DNA of 57,999 bases, counting the filler, from Basidiobolus ranarum (taxonomy: Eukaryota): assembly GCA_040143965.1 (NCBI GenBank). It is 5 parts of 5 records of this genome, joined end to end, with 100 filler letters (N's around TTAATTAATTAA, not from the genome) between each part and the next. Parts side by side here need not be neighbours in the genome. Positions count along the whole stretch, not along the records: positions 1 to 11,556 come from JASJQH010000604.1; 4 more parts are not named here. One strand, 5' to 3'. How positions within the stretch are numbered: position 1 is the stretch's first letter; every line of letters starts with the position of its first letter. The notes below the pieces were generated by a model. It ran no database searches. It was not told the origin of the DNA and saw only the letters and a list, made by a program, of their open reading frames with translations. The position numbers and the translations under genes were made by a program. This document shows, one piece after another, positions 1 through 11,656 of this stretch.

Positions 1-364
1 CAGTATCAAATCGTTGATGCTTTAAGTTACCCTTCGAATGAAAAATCGTACCGATCGAACCACGTGAAGTGCTGAAGAGAAAGAATGTAATTCCAATGGT
101 GTTTATATATCTATTATTGTAGATAGACTCTTTAAAGACAATGATAAGCCACTACTTGTAGCTTGGGCATTCTATAGGCATATTTCCCAAGTTATCGAAG
201 TCAACAGAGTGTGTTGTCAATAGAGAATAATTGGGTGTTCATATGAGTTAGAAGAAATGTCAAGATTTAAGCAAGCAATATAGAGAATAATTGAATGTCA
301 GAGAGATATATATACGTTCAAGAAGAGATAGCATAGTAAGCTGATAAATGGATATATTATGGAC

Positions 365-2207
365 TCAAGTTTTCATTTGATACCTTCGAGCTTGTTCTTT
401 GCCTTCTTGGACATTGATTCCTTGGATGACCCATATTGGCATGAGTAATATGATTACAATGGGCCAGAAAGCGTACCTCAAATCTTGGGTAAAGTCAGTC
501 ACGGCTCCACAAATAAGAGGACCAATCCAAGCTGAACCTTTGTCGGTTACCTGATACAAGCTGAAGAATTCACTCTCCCTACCGGGTGGAAGAAGCTCTG
601 AATACATTACTCGACAAAAAGACTGTACGGCTCCAATAAGAATCCCAGTATAAATGCATACTCCCCACGCTTCACTTTGACGGCGGATCCCAAAAGGAAA
701 AATGAAGCCGAGAAGACCGTAGATAGGCAATATGATATACATAAAAAGTAACATTTGGATCATGAATTTGGTGGATAATTGAAATGTTCGTTGTATGTGT
801 AACCAAATGAAGTTTCCCATTCCAGCTGCGAGTGGAACTATGATACCTGCAACTAGAAGCTCCGCATGGCCCATTCCAAGAACGGTTTTACAAAATAAAA
901 TCGAAACAGAAGTGGTGGTTGATATGGCGTCAGAAATAAATATCCAACCAAGTAAAAATCGGAAGGTTTGAGTTAATTCCGAGATATGACAAATTGTATT
1001 AAACACTTTCTTCCACGAATAAAGTAAATAGGATTCGCTTTCTGGAAGAGGTGGCCCAGGTCGAGATTTCAACCATTTGTAGGGTAGATATGTGAAAGAA
1101 AACCACCAAAAGCAAGTAAAACTGCATGCAATTTGCATACTAAAATATGTCATTGTTTAGTGACTTTTTGTAGAAATCGCTGAACTATACGCTCTTACCT
1201 ATAATTGGACTGTCCCAAGACAAGAACTATAATGGCCGAGATGGCAAGAACCACCACACCAGCAAAGTACCCCCAAGCCATTCCTATACTTGAAATCGTA
1301 TTGGCAACTTTTTCTGTAACCCGAGCTATTTCTTCTTCATCCTTTTGTGAATGGACTTGAAGAACATCCGGGTGATAGCGAGTGATAGTGGGGATATAGG
1401 ACGTATAGAACATGTAGGACGCTCCAAAGCAAACACTTGTGATTACACTCAGTATCACGGCAAGCCACCAGAGTGATGGCTTGTAGACAAGCGGGAAAAG
1501 CATGCCCGAGAATGAGCCTAGTATTGCAAAGAGTAGTAGGAGTGCTTTACGCCATCCTAATAAAAGGTGATTCAGAATTGAGCGAAATGGACGTGGATCA
1601 AATCCATGTTGTTCACTTACTTCCATGATCAGCGATTGCACCACAACCGACGAACACCAATGCTTGGATAGCTACGGAGAGAGCACGAACATATAGCGAA
1701 AAACTGTTGGTGCCAATAAAAGTATCACCGATTTTGATGGCACAGCTATACTTTGGGATTGAGGTTTTACAAGGTGTGTGTTGATCAAGCTCATAGCCCG
1801 CTTCAGCCGCTAGTGATTCCAAGATGATCGGTATAAAGACACCGAGTGCAGATACTGAGAATGGCTCACACTATAATCAAGACATGATTAGCATGATGAG
1901 GATTTAATTTCAAGCAGTGTCAGAGGAAATGGAGAGATTATTTACAGCGAAGCTATATCCATACCAACCACGAAGTTCTTCCTTCGTAACCACTGGTGCT
2001 TTGCTATGATATTCCAAGTCATCAGGTGGCCCATTCTTGGTTAGACTATGAGTAACGTATCTATGGCCTGGGAATAGCGTATCATTGAGTTTGAAAATCT
2101 AAAGTGAAGAACATATAGATAATAAGAACTATACCACGATTGTCTCTTATTGTTTGATAGAGAGTTTTGAAGGGAGATGTGTGACCGTCCTTCCGGGAAA
2201 AGCCCAT
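365..2207 (-). CDS. ATG22: Autophagy-related vacuolar amino-acid efflux MFS transporter Atg22 (multi-exon)
   Basis: Spliced reading gives TKEELRGWYGYSFA near the N-terminus and GAVQSFCRVMYSELLPPGRESEFFSLYQVTDKGSAWIGP near the C-terminus, both typical of Atg22/UMF1. It has many TM segments. The ATG at 2207 is inferred from intron phase. Confidence 0.88.
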
Positions 2208-3063
2208 GTTGGATCAAATGGAACGGTAGATGAGCCGATCGTTGAATGACTCAGGCACAGGAAATGGTCACAACAGGTTAGTCGCTTTTTGGACGATGGG
2301 CCTTGAAAACCCTCGCTTTTTATTACTTCCACCAAGTATGCGGAAATATTGATTGAGTGATTTTGAGTAGTTTATTTATATTCTCTTTTATTATTGTTCA
2401 TCAACTTGCCACATGGAATATTATTCTTTTAAAGTTTGATATTTCCAAACTGTTTCGATATCTTCCTCCTCCATGCAACAATGTTGCCTTCTATTATTAT
2501 ATTATATATTAAATATTACTAATATATAGTGTACACAACAAGATTGTTTGTCAATATGTAGACCTGACTACCATCCGCATCAAACTGCTGCTTTATTAAG
2601 GCTCTGAAGGTTATCTGATCTCAACTGACATTTTTTTCTACATTGGTGCTTCAGGATCATTAATCAGTGGTATAGATTTCATTTAGACTTTTAGAACTAG
2701 TTTAACCCTATTATGCCCAGTCTATCAAACTGTTATGGTATTAACGATATATTCTTTTTTCTTTTTAAAAAATACATATTGAACAGTGTGTGTGCATTCC
2801 CGTTAAAGAAACTTATGAAAAGTAAGCTCAACCGTGGAAGGAAGGAGTTGGTAAATCGATCGTACTGTATATAGAGAGATGTATGAAATGTAAAGTGAAT
2901 AGAACCTGTCAGGAAAAGGATGGTTTGTTCTTCATTTCTTGCAGAGGATTTTTATAATGTTAACGGAGGAGAGGAAAAGTATATTCTGTCAAGACTAAAA
3001 TCGAGTCTACACTATGATCATAACATAGGTTGATTGGTCTATGATTATGATTGATACTGAAGG

Positions 3064-3312
3064 CTATAGTTTCTCGAATGATGGTCGCTTCCTATATAAA
3101 CATGCTCTTTAGACTCTGTAGTTACTTTTGAATAGAGTTTTAGGCCACTCTTACCTTGATTGTAGTAAATAAAATCTCTGTGTCCCATCTCGACGTCTAG
3201 CGCCTATCCATAGAGCAGCGCCACCTCCTCCTGGTCCACCAGGTGCAGTAAAACTAGTTGACCGGCTACGGAAAGATTTGACTACTTCTAATATTTGCTT
3301 AATTAAGGACAT
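3064..3312 (-). CDS. Putative 61-aa spliced microprotein of unknown function
   Basis: Exons 3312-3155 and 3091-3064 join in frame across a GTAAGA...TATAG intron to give MSLIKQILEVVKSFRSRSTSFTAPGGPGGGGAALWIGARRRDGTQRFYLLQSRKRPSFEKL*. Several candidate 5'-UTR introns lie upstream (about 3314-3580). Confidence 0.6.
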
Positions 3313-5054
3313 GCTATAAAGGAAAAGTGTTTTAGTATTTATATGCGAAGCTTTTTTTCGAAAGTAAAAATATATGATCAAGTGTTAGAAAAATAAATCG
3401 GTAACTTACGGTGAAATGAGAAATCTTTTATAAGGTTAGAGTTTAAAAAGAAGACCGAAACGGACTTCACTTACGAGGTGAAGCAAATATTGAATATGAA
3501 ATCAACGAATAAAAAGAGGAATTTCAAATTTCTGACAACGAAAATTAGTTAACTAGAAGATCAAACTTTCAAGACGTACTAGGAGATAAAATAATTGGTG
3601 GTGAAGTGAAAGAAAGTAGTTTGTAGTGTTGAAATGAGCGGAGACTAAAATAACAGTATATATGTTAGTATAAAATAGATCTTGGGTGAATAAGGTAACC
3701 CGAAGATTCAGTGAAAAATAGCAGTAACAGGAACAGAAAAGGTGGTCACACCTTCCTAACGTGAGAGGTTGAGCTAACCTTCATGTTGAAGATATATAAT
3801 GTGGGGAGGGAGAAAAAAGTCCCGAAAAACTTCACCCCAAACTAATTTCTTTTTGCCTCACTATAGGAATAGTCAGATACACGTGATGCATATCGGACTT
3901 TCCCGTATGCTGAGAGTAAATGAAATATGAGTATACTATGTATTTTTTCAAAGATGCTTCCGTATATATCCCTCTCAAGATCCTGAAAGCAATTGGATTG
4001 CTTGCGGTGAGGTAAAGAACGGTTGGTACATACGCAGTTCCACCTATGAAATTGAAGCTGTGAAATTCTGATCAATCAGGTTTACTCATGATCTTGAGAA
4101 ATTTCTGATCTATGCCTTCGATTGGTCCTACCAGTCTATATGCCTTTACCTAGTTTTCGTTTAGTTACATATGTTATTGAGTAATATTTAATCATCCAGG
4201 TTTACTAAGTGCATATAGAGTGACTCTATGCACCTTGTTTACAAGGCTATTTTAACATAAAAAGAGAATATCGCCAAGAAGCACCGACAGTGTGTTCTCT
4301 CATATGTAGAGTATAGAATGTACTAAGGTAGCTCAGAGGATAAACATGTGGAAATTCTGTCTGTGCGTTGTGCTGTCAGCAAGAAGTTATGTTTGAGTTT
4401 TCAAGGAACACATATTTCAGAGGAACCTTGACTGAGAACAGGTAATTGAAATAGTTTAGAGGACACATACATAGTCCTGTTCATGAGGAATTCGCTAGCT
4501 TATCTTCAAGCGTATACTTTGAGCGTCAACGCGGTCAGTGCTGCTTTGGAGAATTCCAATAATCTTAAAAGAAAATCTAGAAGCAATTTGTCTCATAATT
4601 AATGTGCTCACCCTCTCCATCGCACATACATTAATTAAGCTCCATATCTGGATTTAGACAGAAATTCCGTGACTTGCGTTTTGCAATGACGACATCACTA
4701 GTACTTGCAGATCAGTACCAAGCAGTGGTGGTATGTATACTTGATGTATCCTACGCTAGGGAATATGAGAAATTGGTCAAAACTAGACATCGCTTTATGC
4801 AAATCTCCCCTTTACTGAGGGGTAGGAGGAGAATAGAAGGGGGGAAGAGGCAACTTGATTCGTCGATAGTAAGCCACTCTGTTGTCTATTCAAAGGCCAC
4901 TTCTATGTTCTCCTAATTAAGATGCACGTCTCTCACACATTGGAGTGCGGATGTTGTCGAGTTCAATAACGATATAAAGCATCTCATCGACTCATACTCG
5001 AGAGCATAGATAGATTCATATTCGGCTAGAACGCATTCTAGAAAGCCAGATTCA

Positions 5055-6294
5055 ATGACCGTCGTCACATCAACTGCTTCCCAGTCACATGTTACTTCTC
5101 CTTCAATAGTTAACTATCGATCCTCTGAAGATACGAACAGTTTGTCAGACTTTCAAAATGTAACAGTCTTTGCACAAATCTTCCAACTTCAAAAATGGAA
5201 AGTGCCTAATCAATCATTGTGCAGCGGCGCCAGACGTAATCACCCTTTGTCTCTTTTCTGTGAAGCCGGTATGTATGGATGTTTTTATGTGCGATTACTG
5301 TGATAAAATTCATGTCCTAATCGGATTTTGTTGATATTTAGAACAACAACTTGCTGTCTCCGTCAAACTCCTTGAAAATGTTCGGGAGGTGAATTCGGAT
5401 GAATTTAGGAGGTTTATTGATAGAGTGCATCAACATCAAACTGAGCTGTTAAATACAATCTATCTCGTATACTCTGAGATGGATTCAGTGTTGAAATGTT
5501 CAAGAGGATATCGAAGATATTTATCTCAAGAAGATAGGGAGGAACTAGATCATGGATTTTCCGAAACTATCCTTTTTGCTGCTCAGGCACTTTCTAAAGG
5601 ATTTCAAATTCGAGGTATTGAATACTGTTCTGAAGAACTCCGTGGGCCAGCACAGAAACTATGTGCAACATTCGAGGCGTTACGTTATGTATTTCAATAC
5701 AAAGCTACTGAATATCCAGATAGTATTTCCTTGGTCGGTTTGTTCCCAGTAGTGATGGATTTTGACCAAGCTTGGGTTGATTTCGAAAAAGCGATTTGCT
5801 ATATATATTTCAATATCAACGGACGTCGCGCACGTGAACGAGAAAACGAGGAGATCAATGAACGGCGTTTGTGGGTCGGTTTAATGTGGGATACTTTGGA
5901 AGAAATTGTCGAGAAACAGATTGTTAGCAGCGATGCTATTAAAGAATATGATCCATCCATATTTTTTGCCCTCCCAAGGATGACCCTCCTGAGTCTTTTG
6001 AAAGTTCCTTTTGACTCGATCAAAAATTTAAAAGCCTTATCTTCGTACACTGACGAGATGAAACAAATTTGTGAAGAACTAGCAAACCTTACACCCACAG
6101 AACTGTTAACCTTGCAAAAGTGGCTTTGTGGTGAAGAAGTGAACCCAGCCATAGTAAATATACACCAAACTTTCACTAAACTCTGTGCAATAGTAGACCC
6201 ACTTCAATCAGGACCTTCAGCCAAATTCTTCCTAAGTGTCATGTCTAAAGTATTTCAGCGTCATATAGATAGAACCTCCGAAGAAAGTCATTAG
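5055..6294 (+). CDS. LST2/ZFYVE28 N-terminal-domain homologue lacking a FYVE finger
   Basis: An intron at 5269-5341 joins ORFs 5055 and 5389 in frame. Segments ETILFAAQALSKGFQIRGIE..SEELRGPAQKL, FDQAWVDFE and EYDPSIFFALPR resemble LST2 conserved blocks. There is no Cys-rich FYVE domain before the stop. Confidence 0.65.
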
Positions 6295-6639
6295 ATTTGT
6301 CATAGAAACATTAAACAAAAAAATGTATATTTGTTAAAAAAGCTACTAAATGCCCGAAGTATCGATTCGATCTAGTGTTTATTATTTGTTCAAATAACCA
6401 GAAAAACCGTTGACATGTGCGTGAAAAGTGTAGGGGAGGTGTTTGGATGGTTCATGATACAGGTGCGTTTAAAAGAAATGAAAAATTATCCATGGTAATG
6501 TAATCTTAAATAATCCAAAATTCATTAATTCTAAAGTTCATTTTTTATGTTTTGTGTAATTAAGGCAGTGTGATGCAAAGCGGTGAAGAAAATTAGAGGT
6601 TCACAATACGTCGTTGGCATTTGGCATTATTCCCTCAAT

Positions 6640-8631
6640 CTAAGCTTGGATTGAATGAGAAGCAGCTAATTTCTCTTGGATAACAAATCTCAACATTCCT
6701 TCAGCGCGGACTCTTAACCAGGAATCCTTAGGCATATCTTTGGCAACCTTAGCAACCTCACGCGCCTGAGCAAAACATCCGTCGATGTTGAGTGTTTGCC
6801 AATGCCATCTGGCAAGTGACCAACCAAGGGGAACAGTTTGTCTAGCATAGGCAGACTCGGCACCCTTGGGAGAATCAGGGCGATGTTCAAGATGATGAAG
6901 TACAACTTGGAATAGTTGAAGAAGTGATGTGGTGATTAACTTGAGGCGATTGGGGACAGAGTCAGCAGGCCATTGGATGGCATCAGTGGTCTCTGAGCTC
7001 TCTTCAGTGCTTACTTCCTTGGTTTCCTCAGATTTTTCTGATTCTTCCTTGACTTCTTCTTCCTTCTTTTCTTCTACAGGTTGAGGAGCGGGCAATTCGA
7101 ACTGTCCACAGTTACGGGTTAATTTATCATGAATACAGAAGTAACCAAGAAGAGCTTCGAAGACCATGTTAAGTTCGACAGTAGGGATCTTCTCGATATC
7201 TCCCTCAGCTTTCTCGAAAATCTTGTTGATGAAAGAACGGAACAAAGTAGTGGCATGTTCATGATCACCAATATTGTAGGAAACACGAGCAATCCAGAAA
7301 CCAAGAGGATCTTCATCATTTTGTAATTGCATTCCAAGTTTCTCACACAACCAATCAATAGGGGATGGCTGATCTTCGTTAATTTCAGGCACCTCCTTAA
7401 CTTCTCCATTCTCCTGGGGGTTAGTACTGAAACCCCATGGGAGTTTACCGTCAGGAGACCACCAATAACGTCCATATTCGTAGACATATTCAGATGCCTC
7501 ATCCTTAGTTCCGAGTTCCAAAGTAAGTTTGTATTGCTCACGGCCAATGATCTCACCAATCAACAAACGTGGTACAAAGCGTTCAGAATCGCGGGCCAAA
7601 GCTTTCTTCAGTAGCTCATCAGTAGCCTTGGATTCAGGGCCGTTGAGATGGAAGGAAATCAAAATTCTTGTATAGATGAATGCAAGGAATAGATCATCAC
7701 TTTCTTGCTCATCCTTGGGGCCGAATTTGCTATCCAAAAGATCTTGAGCTCCGTTGAAGTCTTGAGTATCGAGGAGTAACTTCAATTTCAAGAAACGAGC
7801 ACCGAATTTATCTTCAGTATCACAGGCAAGCATTTCATCCAATACTTCGTTAGCCTCCTTTTCATACTCGCCACGCTTTTCACTATCACGAGGTTGGTGT
7901 TGACGAATCTTGAGCAGACACTTGGCCTTAGCGTACAAGGCACGGAGATAAGGACGAGAGAAGATCCATGTACCGAAACGACCCATGTTAGTATCCCAAT
8001 GAGATACGAAGTCTTCACCCAAAGTGTCATCTACGCTGGTTTTCAATCCTTTGAGAACTTCCTTGCCCTTGGTAACCGCATCATTAAGGAGTGCTAATTG
8101 TTCTTCTAACTCTTGGTCGGATTTGCAGCTGGCTAGAGTTACACGTGCATCAATGCTGAGATCGGAAATGGCAAGGGCTTTGTTGGCTCCGGCAATACGT
8201 TCAGATGGGGTACCCTTATGGAAAGTCTCGTACATGACCTCTTGAGCCTCGAAATATTCGGATCCAGGGAAAATGGTAGTAACATCCTTGTCATTTTCCT
8301 TGTGTGCGTTGTAGTTAGCTTGCTCCATGGCAAAGATATCGCTGGCAGAGTTACCGGAACCATAGTCCATAGCGAATACGTCTACCCAAAATGGAGCATC
8401 GAGAGAAGTGTTGTGAACGGAGATAGAGCAATTACCAACGTATTCAACGTAAGCCTGTTTGATTTGTTTGAGGTTACAGAACATTCTCAATTTCACTGGA
8501 CTACGTTGAGCAATGGCATTATAGAGACGCATGAGATCTTCATTGGATAGGTCAGTGTTGGTGTTTTTCGCTTCATTTTTTTTGTTCTTGGAGCCAGATT
8601 TCTTGTTTCTGTTGTTACGCTTGTTGGCCAT
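6640..8631 (-). CDS. Intronless ST7-like/TPR-repeat protein (~663 aa)
   Basis: Long ORF with the first ATG at 8631. Motifs AQEVMYETF...ERIAGANKALAISDLSIDARVTLA, SRPYLRALY, EMLACDTEDKFGARFL and IYTRILISF resemble ST7 and bacterial ST7-like TPR proteins. Confidence 0.7.
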   Translation of the reverse strand: MANKRNNRNKKSGSKNKKNEAKNTNTDLSNEDLMRLYNAIAQRSPVKLRMFCNLKQIKQAYVEYVGNCSISVHNTSLDAPFWVDVFAMDYGSGNSASDIFAMEQANYNAHKENDKDVTTIFPGSEYFEAQEVMYETFHKGTPSERIAGANKALAISDLSIDARVTLASCKSDQELEEQLALLNDAVTKGKEVLKGLKTSVDDTLGEDFVSHWDTNMGRFGTWIFSRPYLRALYAKAKCLLKIRQHQPRDSEKRGEYEKEANEVLDEMLACDTEDKFGARFLKLKLLLDTQDFNGAQDLLDSKFGPKDEQESDDLFLAFIYTRILISFHLNGPESKATDELLKKALARDSERFVPRLLIGEIIGREQYKLTLELGTKDEASEYVYEYGRYWWSPDGKLPWGFSTNPQENGEVKEVPEINEDQPSPIDWLCEKLGMQLQNDEDPLGFWIARVSYNIGDHEHATTLFRSFINKIFEKAEGDIEKIPTVELNMVFEALLGYFCIHDKLTRNCGQFELPAPQPVEEKKEEEVKEESEKSEETKEVSTEESSETTDAIQWPADSVPNRLKLITTSLLQLFQVVLHHLEHRPDSPKGAESAYARQTVPLGWSLARWHWQTLNIDGCFAQAREVAKVAKDMPKDSWLRVRAEGMLRFVIQEKLAASHSIQA

Positions 8632-9543
8632 ATTTAGTACACTACGGATTATTAACAAAATATCAAGTAAAATTATGAGTTAACATTGTTTCGATAAAGA
8701 TGGCACAACACTGTCCTTGCAGAAAGCAACGGTCTATCATACACAAATAGTATATACACCGTTATGCAAGCAAAATACGAAAACTAACTCACCAAAATTA
8801 AGGGAGAGATAAGGAACGGAAGAGGTTACGGAGAGAAGTGAATTATGGGCCTGTAGAAGCTTAGATTGAAATATAAATACAAAGCATTAGTCAAAAATTT
8901 CGAGAGCAACACGATAAAGAGTTACTATTGGTTGATATCATAACTCCCACCATCCAAAATCTACACCTCGGACTCATTAATGAAGTAAGCAAATTACGAT
9001 CAATGAGAGTGCGCCACTTGTTAAGAGCACTCACCTAACTCGTCAAAGAACCAACTAAATTGGGAGACCCAATCATTGAGAAGATGGAACGCAACACATA
9101 GATTGATTTCCGAACGAATGCTTTGGACACAATGTCGACAAGTTTAACAGGGTAAATTGATGCAAATTAGGGTAAATCACTGCATTCCATATTCTTAGCT
9201 TAGGGCTAGCCACAAATTGGCCATACAAATCCCGATTTTAGTATCATTTCCTGCCCACCTGCTCTCTATTATCTGCCTATCAAATCTACGCTTGGAAAGT
9301 GTTGTTTACCCAACAATGATCGAGTTTCATCACTGACCATGTGATCAGGAAAGATTCCAATTGGATTCAGAATACATACAAGTAACCCACGTACATACTT
9401 AGCAACCCTAACCCCATATCACTTGATGATAATTATCGTGCTTTGTGCACAATGTGTACTATGCTTGGTGTTCAAAAATCCTTTAATAGATTAAATATGA
9501 TAGAATCAGAGTATCGCCTATAGGCGTTACAAACCAAGATTAA

Positions 9544-9744
9544 TTACTGAAGTTGAAACGCATCATGAAAGGTCCAAGCATCAGACAAGCCAGAGTGCGG
9601 GTTTGTTCTTTCTTTCTGTTTAGGATTAAATGGTGCCTGATTTACATAAATGCGGAAGAATTTGGGATATAAATCCAGTCCTGTCGCTTTGGATTCTTCC
9701 AGGATTTTGGCAAACTCGGGGATGGTTGTTACGGGATCTTTCAT
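9544..9744 (-). CDS. Putative 66-aa small protein of unknown function
   Basis: The ATG sits in an AACAAAATG context, with a TATA box (CTATATAAAA) about 80 nt upstream on the minus strand. The composition is protein-like and the ORF is isolated in a long intergenic region. Confidence 0.45.
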   Translation of the reverse strand: MKDPVTTIPEFAKILEESKATGLDLYPKFFRIYVNQAPFNPKQKERTNPHSGLSDAWTFHDAFQLQ

Positions 9745-10213
9745 TTTGTTCAGATTAGATTTAATAAAGTAAGGGATGGGTTAGGATAGGTTAATAGTTG
9801 AATTGAATGCCCTTTTCTACTTTTATATAGCCATAAACATACATAGGAGATTTATTTCGAAACAACCTGTTGCATTCGCTAATACCTCAGTGTTGTTATA
9901 CACCACATAACACTAATCTATCTTCGTTCATAATATATTGATTTATTGTTGTTCTGCTTCCTTCTTGCCTGTCATATGCATTCCAATCTTGGTATTCTAT
10001 AATAATTTAGTAATTAACTGGCATATAGCCGGTTTGACAATCAGCATTCTCTAACTTGAGTGTGCTACATAATGGCCATCATGGATATAAACATCAGCAT
10101 TAGTGATTAACATTGCAAGTGATGTTACATTAATAGTATTGATGTGTGTTAGTCAATCGAATTCCTGCCAAGTTTTAATTATCGAGACTACAGAACGCAA
10201 GACACGATGGACT

Positions 10214-10286
10214 GACCTCATAGCTCAGTGGATAGAGCGTCCACCTCCTAAGCGAAAGATCCCAGGTTCGACACCTGGTTAAATTA
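10214..10286 (+). pseudogene. tRNA-Arg(CCU)-like pseudogene or tRNA-derived repeat head
   Basis: GACCTCA-TA-GCTC AGTGGATA GAGC-G-TCCAC CTCCTAA GCGAA-AGATC-CCAGG TTCGACA CCTGG-TTAAATT. The D and T arms pair perfectly and the anticodon is CCT, but the acceptor and anticodon stems are mismatched. Confidence 0.75.
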
Positions 10287-10996
10287 CTTTTCGAACTCTG
10301 AACTTACTAAGCCAAAGTGGTTCTAGGTTGAATCGAGTAATCTAAAGGATATTAGTGAGTCAGAATATTTCTTATTAATGCTATATAGACCATATATTCA
10401 TTTTTGGACTTTTATCCATTGGAAATGCGCTATTGTAGTTATTATCGAAATGTAGAGCATATGGATTCTTAAAGGAATGTGCCCAAAAGTCGTGAATGAA
10501 CCCAGGAATCTTCAAAATACTCCAAAAACAGAAAATTTACACAGGTATAAAGGTTTATCTTAGTCTCCCCCTCCCATATTAGTGGTGGCCATAGCGAGTT
10601 ATAGATAAAGTTTGGAAGGTGCGACAAAGACCTTTCTGGTACTGTCCTGAAAAGAAGTAACATCTCATGAAACCGTTGATTATTGCTCTTCTATTTTCGA
10701 GTAGTTACTTTCTATTTCAAGCCCACAACGATGAAAGTCACTCAGAATTTGGTTATATTAAACCAAGAACCTGTTTAAATGGCTAAAATGAATATATCCA
10801 GTTAGTACTCGAATATAACCATCGAAAGTCTATATTCAAAAATCAACTCATTGGTATCAGTGTGTGACGATATTGTAAATGTAGAAACCACCTAAATCTG
10901 TCCAAAAGTCTTTACATATTTCTGTACTTGATGTGGATGTCCGGAGAGATTGACAACAGAAAGCTTAGATCCTGTTATACAACTTCAAGTAGATAC

Positions 10997-11556
10997 TGTT
11001 GAAACTAGCATTGCCTAAACACTTATATAGTCATATATAGCTTCACTAAGATATTACCCATTATTCCATATGGGAATTTACTTAGAAGTTTGAAGATATA
11101 TAGATTTTGATAACTAGTGCTAGAAGCACCCATTATTCCATATCGGAATTTACTTAAAGTTTGAAAATATATAGATTTTCAAACCTGTGCTAGAAGCTCT
11201 AAACTCTGTACACATGTTCCTAGGACTTTCTTTAACACATTACGCATGTTAGTTTGCTTATATCTTGACACAACTATGAATTTCAACTTTCTACTCCAGG
11301 TTAGGGGGATGAAAAGTGTTGAAATTAGCATTGCCTAAACACCTATATAGTCATATATAACTTAGTACTTAGCTATCTTATAACTCACTAAGATATTAAC
11401 AATTATTCTCAATCGGAATTTACTTAGAATATTTTTACCAACTTAGAAGTTCTCAGATATATAGATTTTTCAAACTTGTGCTAGAAGCCTCATACTTTGC
11501 ACACATGTTTCTAGGACCTTCCTCAACACATTCTTCATGTTAGTTTGTCTACATCT
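10997..11556 (+). mobile_element. Two tandem Ty1/copia LTR copies, the first with an internal duplication and the second running into the gap
   Basis: They start TGTTGAAA(C/T)TAGCATTGCCTAAACAC at 10997 and 11317, and a purine tract precedes 11317. They match the LTR that follows copia RNase H at 35033. Confidence 0.85.
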
Positions 11557-11656
11557 NNNNNNNNNNNNNNNNNNNNNNNNNNNNNNNNNNNNNNNNNNNN
11601 TTAATTAATTAANNNNNNNNNNNNNNNNNNNNNNNNNNNNNNNNNNNNNNNNNNNN
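11557..11656. other. Artificial contig spacer (44 N + TTAATTAATTAA + 44 N)
   Basis: The same 100-nt spacer occurs four times and the linker has stops in all six frames. Confidence 0.98.

Noticed and set aside
6714-8550. Many overlapping alternative-frame and antisense ORFs inside the long CDS (likewise inside PPE1, RPS23, PPWD1 and thymidylate synthase)
   Set aside because: These are shadow ORFs from codon bias, with no independent motifs.
9165-9420. Scattered TTAGGG/CCCTAA motifs (also ~31691 and ~49374)
   Set aside because: Only one or two units each, so they are not telomeric arrays.
11601-11612. TTAATTAATTAA palindromic motif recurring every ~11.6 kb
   Set aside because: It is embedded in N runs and is an artificial six-frame-stop linker.
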